Shown: piece after piece, positions 18,633-27,785 of the stretch
Position numbering within the stretch: position 1 is the stretch's first letter
Layout: each line of letters starts with the position of its first letter
NCBI GenBank assembly: GCA_963717505.1
Contig: OY970342.1
Location: 3,680,001-3,744,000 of the forward strand
Length of the DNA stretch: 64,000 nt
Reading direction: 5' to 3'
Source of the DNA: Candidatus Eiseniibacteriota bacterium
GTDB taxonomy: Bacteria > Eisenbacteria > RBG-16-71-46
Made by a program: the position numbers and the translations under genes
Notes under the pieces: model-generated
The model's database searches: none
Seen by the model: the letters and a program-made list of their open reading frames with translations, nothing else
What the model was told of the DNA's origin: nothing

Positions 18633-20924
18633 TCACCGCGCGACCACCATGGCGCGGGCGAGGGTCTGCTGATCCACCCTGAGGAGCGCGAAGTAAACGC
18701 CCGGCCTTAGCCCACGAGTGCTCCACTCGAGCCGATGCGCCCCGGCCTCCTGCCGCTCCCGAAGCAGCGTCACCACCCGCCTCCCCACCACGTCGTACAC
18801 CCCCAGGTCCACCCACCCGTCCGCCGGGAGTTGGTACTCGAGCTCCATATCACCGGGCCCGCGCTGAAACGCTCGCACATACGCTGGGGCCGCGCTCTTC
18901 GACAGGGCCGGCTCCGTGCCCGCGCACACCGTCATCGACTCGTAACGTTGACCTCCGTCCACGCAGCCGTCTCGGCCATGCCCTTGATCGTGCGGCACAC
19001 ACAACTGGACCGTTCCCTGGCACTCCCCGCCACGATTGTCGCGCGCCGTGAACGACACTAGATAGACTCGCCCGTCGCCATTCCCAGCCCTCTCGCGCCG
19101 CACCTGAGCAACGCCGTCAACGATCTCCGCGTCCGGGCAGGTGTGCCCGTCGCCGGTCCCGTCCACGGGCTCGTCCTGCGCGATCGCCGTCGCGAAGACG
19201 GTGACCGGATCCCCGTCGGGATCGCTCACCCCCTCGATCACGACCGTCACGAACTCGTGATTGGGGGGCCACGCGTCGATCGTGGCGTGGGCGACGTCGC
19301 ATACCGGAGCCTGGTTGTTGATCCAGCCGATCGCGGCTTCGGCCACGGTATCGATGCCGCGCGCGACGTCGTCGGGTTCGAGCCATACCGGCTCGTCCAC
19401 ATGCAGCTCGTCGTGGGTCAGGTAGTCTCCGGGCGCGCTCACACGGTACGCGTCGGCCCAAGCAAACCTCGCGAACCATCCGGACCCGATGCCCAGCGAC
19501 GTCGCCGTCGGCGCGTTGAACGCGGTCGCCGTCGACTTGCCGAAGAATCGGGACCGCGGGTGAAAGCGGAACAGGTGGGCGACCTGGTCCCCCGAGCTCA
19601 AGGCGCCGGGACCCACCAGGACCGCGATCGGGCGATCGTAGTCGCCGCTCGCGGCGCCGTGGATGACATAGGAACTCGGGGGTCCGTTCGGAGAGGGACA
19701 CAACGCGAGGTGATCCGGGCCGCAGCGCTCGACGAATCCGATGGTGGATACATCCCCGCCGAATAAGAGCGACAAGGCGGGGTAGGCCAGGAACATGTTC
19801 CCGCCGTAGTTGGTGCGGAAGTCGAAGATCAGCCCGGTCGTCTCGAACGAGTTCAACAGGGTTTGGACGGCGGTGTGGAACTGCGTTCCTGCGGTCCCTT
19901 CCCATGCGCGCACGTAGACGTAGCCGATTCGGGTGCCGTCGACGATGCCCCAGCTCACCGGATCGCGGCCCTGCAGGTAGTTGGGCATCTGCACTCCAGG
20001 GATCGGCAGCTGTTCCGTGCAATCCAAAGCACCTCCGGGCGGCGCTTCCAGCGCGGAGACGGGCAGGTGCACGGTTTCCCCGGTGTCGTGCTTCACGACG
20101 TCGATGGTGTTGAACAGATGCCAATTGAGTCCGGCGCTCATCAACATCGAATGGGTCCAGGACGAGCTGCTCGATCCCCACCACCAGCCGGTGAGCGGAA
20201 GCTGAGCCGCCAGCAGCTCCCGGTAGAGGCGCTTCCACGGGACTCCGTCGTAGCCCAGAACGATGTCACCGGGCACGAGCCCCAGGGGATGAGATGGCGC
20301 GGCCTTGTACACCAGCAGGCTGCTGTCGGGCAGAGGCGTGAGCCCGGCGCGGAAGTGCCGGCTGTCGCCCCAGCCACCGACGACGAACAGCGGAACTCCC
20401 GGCCGCAGAGCCGAACCATTCACGCCCGAGTAGTTGACGGCGGTGTGCGACTCGCGCAGTGCGAGCGCCAGGTGGTTCATGATCGCGGCGAAGCGCCCCC
20501 GGCTGACCCCGGCCTGGATCTCGGCGCGCCCCGACTCGCGCAGCGACGTCCAGTCCACGTCGATCCCCTGGAAGCACGCGAAGCCGACATCGATCCGGGT
20601 CCAAAACGCGTCGAAGGCGGCGAGCATCTGCGCGGTCGACCACGGACTCGGCCCCCAGGTTTGATCGATGAGCGCCGCCCAGTCGGTCGAAGCGACGCCA
20701 TACCGAGCGGAGGGAACCCCGGGCGGTGGGACGCGTGGTCCGCCCCCCGGCCCCGCGGTCGAAAGCGGATCGGGATCGAAGGGCCTGGTGTCGTATGGGA
20801 GGTGCTGAGGCTCGGGATTCGCGGGCAGCTCTTCGCGCGGTGAGGCCGCGAGTAACGCAGGCGCGAAAAGCAGGAAGGAGAGCACTCCGGCGACGCGGAA
20901 CTTGGAGACGGTCGGGACGGCCAT
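18633..20924 (-). CDS. Secreted S41-family peptidase with C-terminal FlgD/T9SS-type sorting domain
   Basis: Signal peptide; PDZ-like segment; FDFRTNYGG, ALSSGD; C-terminal YDVVGRRVVTL...GVYFALL. Confidence 0.78.
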   Translation of the reverse strand: MAVPTVSKFRVAGVLSFLLFAPALLAASPREELPANPEPQHLPYDTRPFDPDPLSTAGPGGGPRVPPPGVPSARYGVASTDWAALIDQTWGPSPWSTAQMLAAFDAFWTRIDVGFACFQGIDVDWTSLRESGRAEIQAGVSRGRFAAIMNHLALALRESHTAVNYSGVNGSALRPGVPLFVVGGWGDSRHFRAGLTPLPDSSLLVYKAAPSHPLGLVPGDIVLGYDGVPWKRLYRELLAAQLPLTGWWWGSSSSSWTHSMLMSAGLNWHLFNTIDVVKHDTGETVHLPVSALEAPPGGALDCTEQLPIPGVQMPNYLQGRDPVSWGIVDGTRIGYVYVRAWEGTAGTQFHTAVQTLLNSFETTGLIFDFRTNYGGNMFLAYPALSLLFGGDVSTIGFVERCGPDHLALCPSPNGPPSSYVIHGAASGDYDRPIAVLVGPGALSSGDQVAHLFRFHPRSRFFGKSTATAFNAPTATSLGIGSGWFARFAWADAYRVSAPGDYLTHDELHVDEPVWLEPDDVARGIDTVAEAAIGWINNQAPVCDVAHATIDAWPPNHEFVTVVIEGVSDPDGDPVTVFATAIAQDEPVDGTGDGHTCPDAEIVDGVAQVRRERAGNGDGRVYLVSFTARDNRGGECQGTVQLCVPHDQGHGRDGCVDGGQRYESMTVCAGTEPALSKSAAPAYVRAFQRGPGDMELEYQLPADGWVDLGVYDVVGRRVVTLLRERQEAGAHRLEWSTRGLRPGVYFALLRVDQQTLARAMVVAR

Positions 20925-21032
20925 GACACCCTCCTCGGTTGCTCCCGGTCGCAGAAAAGCTAGCACAATCGCGCAGCAGTGGATCATCGCCACGGTTCGC
21001 GACCGCTGGCCGGGCCCGGGGGCGCGGGCCGG

Positions 21033-21365
21033 CTACTCGGAGCGCAGCGCCATGAGGGGGTCGACGCGCGCGGCGCGCAGCGCCGGGCGCAGGCACCCCA
21101 GGGTTGCGGTGACCAGGCACAACGTTGCGGCAATGCCCATGGTCAGCAGGTCGTCGGGACGCACCCCGACCAATAGGGCGCTCATGCCCCGCGCCGCGGC
21201 ATAGGCGACGGCAACGCCGATCGCCATGCCGATCAGCGCGAGTGCCAGACCCTCGCGCAACACCAGACCGACGATGCCGGAGACCTGGGCGCCGAGCGCC
21301 ATCCGCACACCCAGCTCCTGCGAGCGCTTGGACACGGTGAAGCTCAGGAGTCCGTGAATGCCGAG
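21033..21365 (-). pseudogene. C-terminal remnant of a FtsX/MacB-type ABC permease
   Basis: GIHGLLSFTVSKRSQELGVRMALGA...PALRAARVDPLMALRSE; the rest of the gene is absent. Confidence 0.8.
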
Positions 21366-21492
21366 TCCCCGGTTCGGGAGTCCGACTTTCTCGTGGGCCG
21401 CGCCACGTGTTCTCATAGAGCTGTTCAGTTCCCCGGGCGAGTGTCTTCCTGGATTCCGGGGGACTACGATTCTGCATCCTCAGGAGGCCGAG

Positions 21493-21909
21493 GTGTCGCG
21501 CGCGCATTGCCGGAGTCGGCTGATGATCTCGCTGCTCGCCCTGCTCGCCGCCGGGCTGGCGTCATGCGGCGGAGGCGGCTCCTCGTCGCCGCCGACCGGG
21601 GGGACCCCGGGCGGGGGCAATCCCACCGCCCCCGCTCCGTTCCGACTGACGTTTCCAACCGCCGGGCGGTCGGTGACGATCGTCTTCCCCAACCCCGGAA
21701 CGTTCCCCTACCACTGCGAGGCCCATCAGGGCGACGGCATGGCGGGGGTGGTGATCGTTCACTCGAGTGGCGTCGATTCGATGGTGGTCAGCGTCGGCCC
21801 GGGCAGCAACCGAATTTTCAATCCGACATCGGTGACCATCAAACCGGGAGGATCCGTGCGCTGGGTGAACGCAGGAACCCGGAACGATCACACGGTCACG
21901 AGCGACTGA
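21493..21909 (+). CDS. Plastocyanin-like blue copper lipoprotein, circularly permuted
   Basis: AGGAGG RBS and GTG; lipobox LASC; PGTFPYHCEAHQGDGM precedes FNPTSVTIKPGGSVRWVN...HTVTS. Confidence 0.8.
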   Translation: MSRAHCRSRLMISLLALLAAGLASCGGGGSSSPPTGGTPGGGNPTAPAPFRLTFPTAGRSVTIVFPNPGTFPYHCEAHQGDGMAGVVIVHSSGVDSMVVSVGPGSNRIFNPTSVTIKPGGSVRWVNAGTRNDHTVTSD

Positions 21910-21927
21910 CGAGTCCTCGACGCCGGG

Positions 21928-22371
21928 CTACTGGCCCAGCACGAAGCGAATTCCCGCCGCCCCGGCAATGTAGAAGTCGACATCGTCGAGCACCTGGATC
22001 CCGGGAGCGGCCTCGGCGAAGAGCTCGATCTTGGGCGACGGCATGAGCTGAAGGCCGATCGGAGCACGAATGGCGAGGAAGAATTCCTCACTGTCTTCGA
22101 GCGGGAGACCAAGGTCGACGCCGGGTCCGAAGTACCAGTCCAGGTTGTCATTGGTGGTCCCCAGCATCTTCTTGACCGTCCACATGTCGATCGTGCCGTG
22201 GATGAAGTCCTCGCTCCACGCCACGCCGATCGGCATCCGGTCGAAGCGCAGCGACAGTCCGACGTTCCCCGGGTATCCGAACACTGCACCAATCGCGGTT
22301 TCTGCGCGCACGGTTCCTACCGTAGCCAGCGTCAGCAGTGCCGCGGCCGAAACGATGACTGCACCTCTCAC
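21928..22371 (-). CDS. Small outer-membrane beta-barrel (DUF3996-like)
   Basis: GGAGGT RBS and GTG; signal peptide; LDWYFGPG, IRAPIGL, IELFAEAAPGI, GIRF. Confidence 0.7.
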   Translation of the reverse strand: MRGAVIVSAAALLTLATVGTVRAETAIGAVFGYPGNVGLSLRFDRMPIGVAWSEDFIHGTIDMWTVKKMLGTTNDNLDWYFGPGVDLGLPLEDSEEFFLAIRAPIGLQLMPSPKIELFAEAAPGIQVLDDVDFYIAGAAGIRFVLGQ

Positions 22372-22490
22372 TTGAACCTCCCGCGTGTGGGGACGAATTC
22401 CGGATGCCCTCCGGAAGAGGGAGTACGCTAGCCCCCTGGGGTGGCCAGAGCAAAAACTGGTTCCCGGGCCAGCTGGAACGGCGTCCGGCC

Positions 22491-23357
22491 CTACGCCCAG
22501 CGGTGGGGTCGGTCCTTCCTCTGTTCGAACCCCTGCTCGTCGCAGAACGCGAGCCAGCGATCCCGAGGCACGCCCCGCCAACGCAGGTCTTCGAGCGTTT
22601 CGCCCAACGGCACGTCACGCCGAAGCGTGGCGAGCCGGCGAAACAGCAACGCGTCGTCCATGCGCTCCCGAAGCGTGGTGGCCAAGCGGTCGGCGCCGCG
22701 CACCTTCACCTGCCAATGCGCCGGATCGTCAGGGATCGCTTCCAGGTGCTGCCAGCGGGCGAGCACCGTGGTCGCGGACTTCTCCCCCCACCCCGGGAGC
22801 CCCGGGTAGCCGTCGGAGCTGTCGCCGACCAGGGCCAGCCAGTCCGGGATCGAAGCCGGCGACACGCCGAACTTGGCTCGCACTCCGTCTTCGTCGTAGG
22901 TGATCTCGCGTCGGCGATCCCGTTGCACGATGGTGGTTCCGATCACGCACTGGGCGAGGTCCTTGTCGGGCGTGCAGATCACCACCTGTTCGACCGACTC
23001 GCCGAACCGAGAGGCCGCGGTCGCCAGCGCATCGTCGGCCTCGAACTCCACCATCGGCCAGACCACGACTCCCATGGCTTCGAACGCGCGTTCGGCCAGC
23101 GGGAATTGCGTGAGCAGATCCTCCGGAACGCCTTCCTCGGTTTTGTAGCCGGGCCACAGGTCGTTTCGGAAGCTGCGGATCACGTGATCGGTCGCGGCCG
23201 CCAGGTGCGTCACGCCCGGCTCGCGCAGGAGCAAGAGCGTCGTCCCGATCAGGCCACCGACCGCGCCCACCTCACGCCCGTCGGGCGCGCGCGCCGGGTC
23301 CACGCCGAAGTAGGCGCGAAACAACTCGTAGGTGGCATCCAAGAGATGGAGCTTCAT
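22491..23357 (-). CDS. Stand-alone 5'-3' exonuclease/flap endonuclease
   Basis: LLDATYELFRAYF, FRNDLWPGYK, EFEADDALAT, DKDLAQ, LVGDSSDGYPGLPGWGEKSA (H3TH). Confidence 0.92.
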   Translation of the reverse strand: MKLHLLDATYELFRAYFGVDPARAPDGREVGAVGGLIGTTLLLLREPGVTHLAAATDHVIRSFRNDLWPGYKTEEGVPEDLLTQFPLAERAFEAMGVVVWPMVEFEADDALATAASRFGESVEQVVICTPDKDLAQCVIGTTIVQRDRRREITYDEDGVRAKFGVSPASIPDWLALVGDSSDGYPGLPGWGEKSATTVLARWQHLEAIPDDPAHWQVKVRGADRLATTLRERMDDALLFRRLATLRRDVPLGETLEDLRWRGVPRDRWLAFCDEQGFEQRKDRPHRWA

Positions 23358-23484
23358 GCGCGGTCCTCGGAGGCTCGTGGTACTCGCCGTTTCCTCTCGC
23401 GCCGCAAGAGTCGCCTGGACCGAGGATCAGATCAAGCGCCTGAGCGTCAGCGTCTTCTCGATCGACGGGTCGCCCGCGCGGAGA

Positions 23485-23841
23485 TCACTGCGGGATCGTC
23501 GTGAGGGCTCCGGCTTCGGTCGCGTGGATCGCCAAATGCTTGTCGAGGCCGAGCAACTCGACCACTGCGCGAGTCTGCTCCGATGGCTCGGCGAGGAACA
23601 GTGCACCCGCCTGCTCCCGGAACTGCTCGGTCAGCGAGAACAGAGCGCCGATTCCGGTCGAGCCGAGGAACGAAACACCGGCCAAGTTGAGGACGAGGTT
23701 CTGGCCCTGGGCCTGAACCGCTGCGCACCGGCGGATCAACGACGGCGCGGTGAAGCCGTCGAGCCGCCCGCGCAGCCTCAAGACCACGGCCCGTCCCTGG
23801 ACGGGACCGTCCTCGATCTGCAACTCCTCGGAGTTCATCAC
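23485..23841 (-). CDS. STAS anti-sigma-factor antagonist (copy 1)
   Basis: LRGRLDGFTAP, LNLAGVSFLGSTGIGAL (phospho-Ser position retained). Confidence 0.9.
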   Translation of the reverse strand: MMNSEELQIEDGPVQGRAVVLRLRGRLDGFTAPSLIRRCAAVQAQGQNLVLNLAGVSFLGSTGIGALFSLTEQFREQAGALFLAEPSEQTRAVVELLGLDKHLAIHATEAGALTTIPQ

Positions 23842-25910
23842 GCGGCGACCTCCTTGCCGAGCCTCTCGGGGTCGAACGCCATGGACACCAGATTCCCTTC
23901 GGGAGTCCCAGGGTAGTACGTCACGGTGCTCGCCGTCCGGTGCAGGATCTCCATCCCCAGTCCGCGACCCCGGCGTCTCACCTCAGAGTTCGTCAGGTCC
24001 GGGCGTTTCCACTCCTGCGAGTTGAAGGTGTTGCCCCAATCCCGGAGCAGGAAGTAGCCGGCCCCCATCGACGCGGGCTCGACGTCCTGATCCTGTTCGG
24101 CGACCCACCACAGCTCGAGGCGTAGGGCGTCGTTGCACCCATAGGCATGCTCCACGACGTTGGCCGCAGCCTCGTGGAGCGCCAGTTCGAGCGCTCCGAG
24201 CGCGGCCGCGCTCAGGTGTCGCGCCGGTGTCGAACGGACCAGCCAGTCGTCGATCCGACGCAGCGCCGCCAGGCTCGCGGGCAATACCAGCCTCGCCCCG
24301 CGGGCTTCCGCTTCGGCGAGCCGGGCGAGCCCCTCGCTCCACGACAGGCGGCCGGAGTCGGTCACGATGCCTTCGCGATCCCGCGCGATTACGAGGACCG
24401 TTTCGTCATCGCTCCGCGGGGCATTTCCACGCCACGACGCCACCGACTGCGAGAGTGCCGTCACCACCGCCCGGCTGCCGCCGCGTGCAGCGGGCGCGAC
24501 GGCCCGAGCCATGCGCTCGGCGCCATACTCGCCGGCGTTCTCGCCGACGGTTTCCGTCACGCCGTCCGTGTACTGGATCGCGACGTCCCCGGGTCCGAGC
24601 TGAAGGCGCACTTCTTCGAACGCGGTGCGGGACCTGGCCGTACGCACGATCCCGAGCGGCACGCCCTCGCCCCGATGCCATTCGGGTTCGGTGACTCCGT
24701 CGCGCAGCACCAGCAGCGGATGATGTCCGGCCGAAGCGAACACCAGTTCTCCGGTGCTCGGATCGAGGATTCCATAGAACATGGTGACGAAGCTTCCGCG
24801 TTCGATCATGGTGCCCATCTGGCGATCGAGTGCCACGAGCAACTCGGCCGGCGAGCGATGCACCGGCGCCAAAGCCCGCAGCAGAGCATGCAGCATCGCG
24901 GTGACCAGACTCCCGCCCAATCCCTTGCCGGCGACATCGGCGACCACCAATCCCATGCGACCGTCGGGCAGGTCCAGTGTCTGGTAGTAGTCGCCGCCGA
25001 CTTCGCTCGCCGGTTCCTGGCGGCCCTCGATGTGAAACGGACCCACCATGCGCTCGCGCGGGGGCAACAGGGACTTCTGGATCCGCTGCGCCAAGTCCAT
25101 CTCGTGAGCCAGCCGTTCCCGTTGGACCAGGTCCTGCTGCGCCAGCTCGAGTTGCCCGGCCATTCGATTCACCGTGTCGGCCAGAGCGCCGATCTCGCTC
25201 CGATCGCGCACTTCGAGGCGCGCCTTCAGGTCTCCGCCGCCGATGCGCTCGAGTCCGGCGCGCAGCGCGGCCACCGGGCGCAACACCAGGGACGACACGA
25301 CCAGCGCGGCGGCGATACCCAGCAGCACGAAGACCAGCAGGACCAGCGCCTGCTCCTGTCGCGCCTGCTCGATTCGATCGGCGATCGCCGACTGACGCAG
25401 GGCAATCCAGACGGTGCCCACCGAGCGGCCGTCGCCGTCGGCGACCGGCGTCGAGACCACGACCAGCTCACGATTTCCGGCAATCGTCTCGCCGGGGAGC
25501 GGCTCCGGCGCCTCGGACAACGCGGTGAGCCCCGAAGGCGGGACGAATGTGGTTCCCAAACGGCGCACGTCGCTGTCTCCCTGAATCACTCCGTCGCGGT
25601 CGGTGACCACGACGAACGCGATCTGCGACTGGCGTTCGAGGATCTGCTTGGCGAGCGGCAGGAGCGCCCACTCCGGGGTTTCGGTGAGCAGGGCGTCGGC
25701 GCCGACCAGCGCCACCTGGCGCGCCTGGAGCTGGAGCCCGGCCTCCATCTCGGCCGACAGCGCCCGGCGCGCATTGCGTTCGGTCACCGCGCCCACCGCG
25801 GCCACGACGGCCGCAACCAGCACCATCATGGCGAAGGCCACGAGCCAGCGGATGCTGTGCGTGATGCGCATCGGTCGCCCGGGACCGCGCATTCGGGTCG
25901 CCACGGTCAT
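23838..25910 (-). CDS. Membrane HAMP + PP2C/SpoIIE phosphatase + RsbW-type Ser kinase fusion (copy 1)
   Basis: Two TMs, HAMP, GGDYY, ADVAGKG, TDGVTE, DDET; C-terminal EAAANVVEHAY, DWG, GRGLGM. Confidence 0.9.
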   Translation of the reverse strand: MTVATRMRGPGRPMRITHSIRWLVAFAMMVLVAAVVAAVGAVTERNARRALSAEMEAGLQLQARQVALVGADALLTETPEWALLPLAKQILERQSQIAFVVVTDRDGVIQGDSDVRRLGTTFVPPSGLTALSEAPEPLPGETIAGNRELVVVSTPVADGDGRSVGTVWIALRQSAIADRIEQARQEQALVLLVFVLLGIAAALVVSSLVLRPVAALRAGLERIGGGDLKARLEVRDRSEIGALADTVNRMAGQLELAQQDLVQRERLAHEMDLAQRIQKSLLPPRERMVGPFHIEGRQEPASEVGGDYYQTLDLPDGRMGLVVADVAGKGLGGSLVTAMLHALLRALAPVHRSPAELLVALDRQMGTMIERGSFVTMFYGILDPSTGELVFASAGHHPLLVLRDGVTEPEWHRGEGVPLGIVRTARSRTAFEEVRLQLGPGDVAIQYTDGVTETVGENAGEYGAERMARAVAPAARGGSRAVVTALSQSVASWRGNAPRSDDETVLVIARDREGIVTDSGRLSWSEGLARLAEAEARGARLVLPASLAALRRIDDWLVRSTPARHLSAAALGALELALHEAAANVVEHAYGCNDALRLELWWVAEQDQDVEPASMGAGYFLLRDWGNTFNSQEWKRPDLTNSEVRRRGRGLGMEILHRTASTVTYYPGTPEGNLVSMAFDPERLGKEVAA

Positions 25911-27785
25911 CGCTGGGTTCCAAACAGCTCGCGCGTGCGTTCTTTCCGCTCGCGGGCCCGCGCCAGGAAGCGTGCAGCGCGCGAATCCGTCGGATCCGCG
26001 CGTTGGGCTTTCTCCCAGTAGCTAACGGCAGTATCCAGCCGGCCGGCCGCGTAGGCGTCCATTCCGCGAGCCAGGTACTCGCGGTTGAGGTAGCGACCCG
26101 CGGCGGCATCGCCCGGATCCAGCGACAGCGCCAGCTCCCAGTAGCGAACCGCGTCGTCGGCTCGGCCCGCGCTCATCGCGGCGACCCCGCGCTTCACCAG
26201 CTGCTCGGCCTCGCGGCGATTGGCGGCGGAAGCGCTCGGTTGCGTCGGCGGAGACGGCGGGGCACCCGTCGCTTCGCGGTCGATCGCGGCCTGCCGTTCC
26301 TGCTCCTCGGTGCGCCGGGCGATCAGGACCTCGGTCCGCTCGAGCATGGCCGCGGCTTCGGCATCACTGGGGTTGGCCCGCACCAGAGCCGCAAAGCCGG
26401 CCCGAGCCCGCGCCAGATCTCCGGCGATCAGCGCATCGACCGAGGATCGGAATCGCGCGCCGCGATCCGCGTCACGCATTGCCTGGCGTTCCCCGGCCGC
26501 GCGCACGCGCTTCGCTCCCGCGACCGCAGCGGTGTCCTGGGGCGCGATCGCCAGCGCCCGGGTGTATGCGTCGGCGGCCGACACCAGGTCGGCTTCAGCC
26601 TCCCGCTCCCTGCCGAGCGCAACGTTGCCGCGCACGCCGAGCATGCGCACCCGCTGGTCGGCCGAGTCGAGGATGGCCGCGGTCGCCAAGAGGTCGAGCG
26701 CTTCCTCGTACGAGCGCTGGCCGATCGCCGTCTCGGCCCGCGCCACCAGATCGTCGAGACGCTCGGCGCCGCGCCGATCGAACTCGGATTCGAGCCGATT
26801 CTGGAATTCGCGCTCCGCTGCGTCTCGAGCCGCGGCCCGGCTCGCAGTCACGGTCGGTCCGAACGATTGCGTGAGCCCGACTCGGTGCACCGGCCCGAGC
26901 GCCACGTTCTCGAACGCATATCCGAACTCGAGGTTGCGCCAGGTCACGCCCGCGCCGGCCGTCAGCCGATCTTCGTGGAGGCCGACGCGCATCGCGAGCA
27001 GCCGGCGGACCAGGAGCTCGGCCCCCGCGTGCAATTTCGGCGACACTGTTTGCGAAGCGTCGCCATCCACGGCCACGGTCAGCTCCTGGCTGCCGACCCA
27101 GCCCCGCCACGCGAGTCCACCTCGCCAGGTGCGTGGATCGCGAACACTTTCGCGGTCGAGTCGCAGCGCGGGTTCCAGCGCATTGCGAATGCCGAGACCC
27201 GCGGTCAAACCCTCGAGCCATGACGCGCGGAAGCCGAGCGCCGGTCCGATCGCCACCAACACACCGAGGTCTCCCGCCAAGGCACTCGCTCCATATCCGC
27301 CCACGTCCTGACTCTGCAGCTTGAGCGAAGCACCGAGACTCCATGCGTCGTTGATCGGACGCGCATAGCCGACGGTGATTTCGGTTTCGGAGCTCGAGAA
27401 CTCGTCGCCCGAGACGTTGTTGCGCTCGTCCCGCGGCTCGACCCCGCCGACACCCACGCTGCGCACGCCGAGACCGAGCGAGCCCCAGCGCCAGCTGGGC
27501 GCCACCAGGGCGGCGTAGCTGTCGTGAGAATCGACTTCGACTCCCGCCGAGTGCGCGACTTCGTAGCCGAAACGCGACGCGAGCGCGAGCCCTGCCGGAT
27601 TCCAGGTCAGGGCGGCAGGATCGGTGGCGATCGCGCAGAACGCTCCACCCAGCGCCAGCGCCCGAGCGCCGGTGCCATTCGCGAACGGCGAACGCGTGCC
27701 GGCATCCTCGGCGGCGCGCGCCGACCCGGCCGTTCCGAGCTGCACGATCGCGAAGAGCGAGAGCGATCCCCGATACGATCTTCAT
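25907..27785 (-). CDS. PorV/PorQ-like outer-membrane barrel fused to coiled coil and TPRs (copy 1); apparent +1 frameshift in signal peptide
   Basis: GARALALGGAF..DPAALTWNPAGLA motif; TPRs at C-terminus; coupled ATG 27785 is out of frame with the main ORF (25907..27745). Confidence 0.8.

Noticed and set aside
27745-27784. TGA (Sec) readthrough fusing giant protein 1 to PorV-TPR, which share a frame
   Set aside because: Paralog uses an ATGA-coupled separate start; sorting domain should be terminal; no G-loop SECIS-like hairpin
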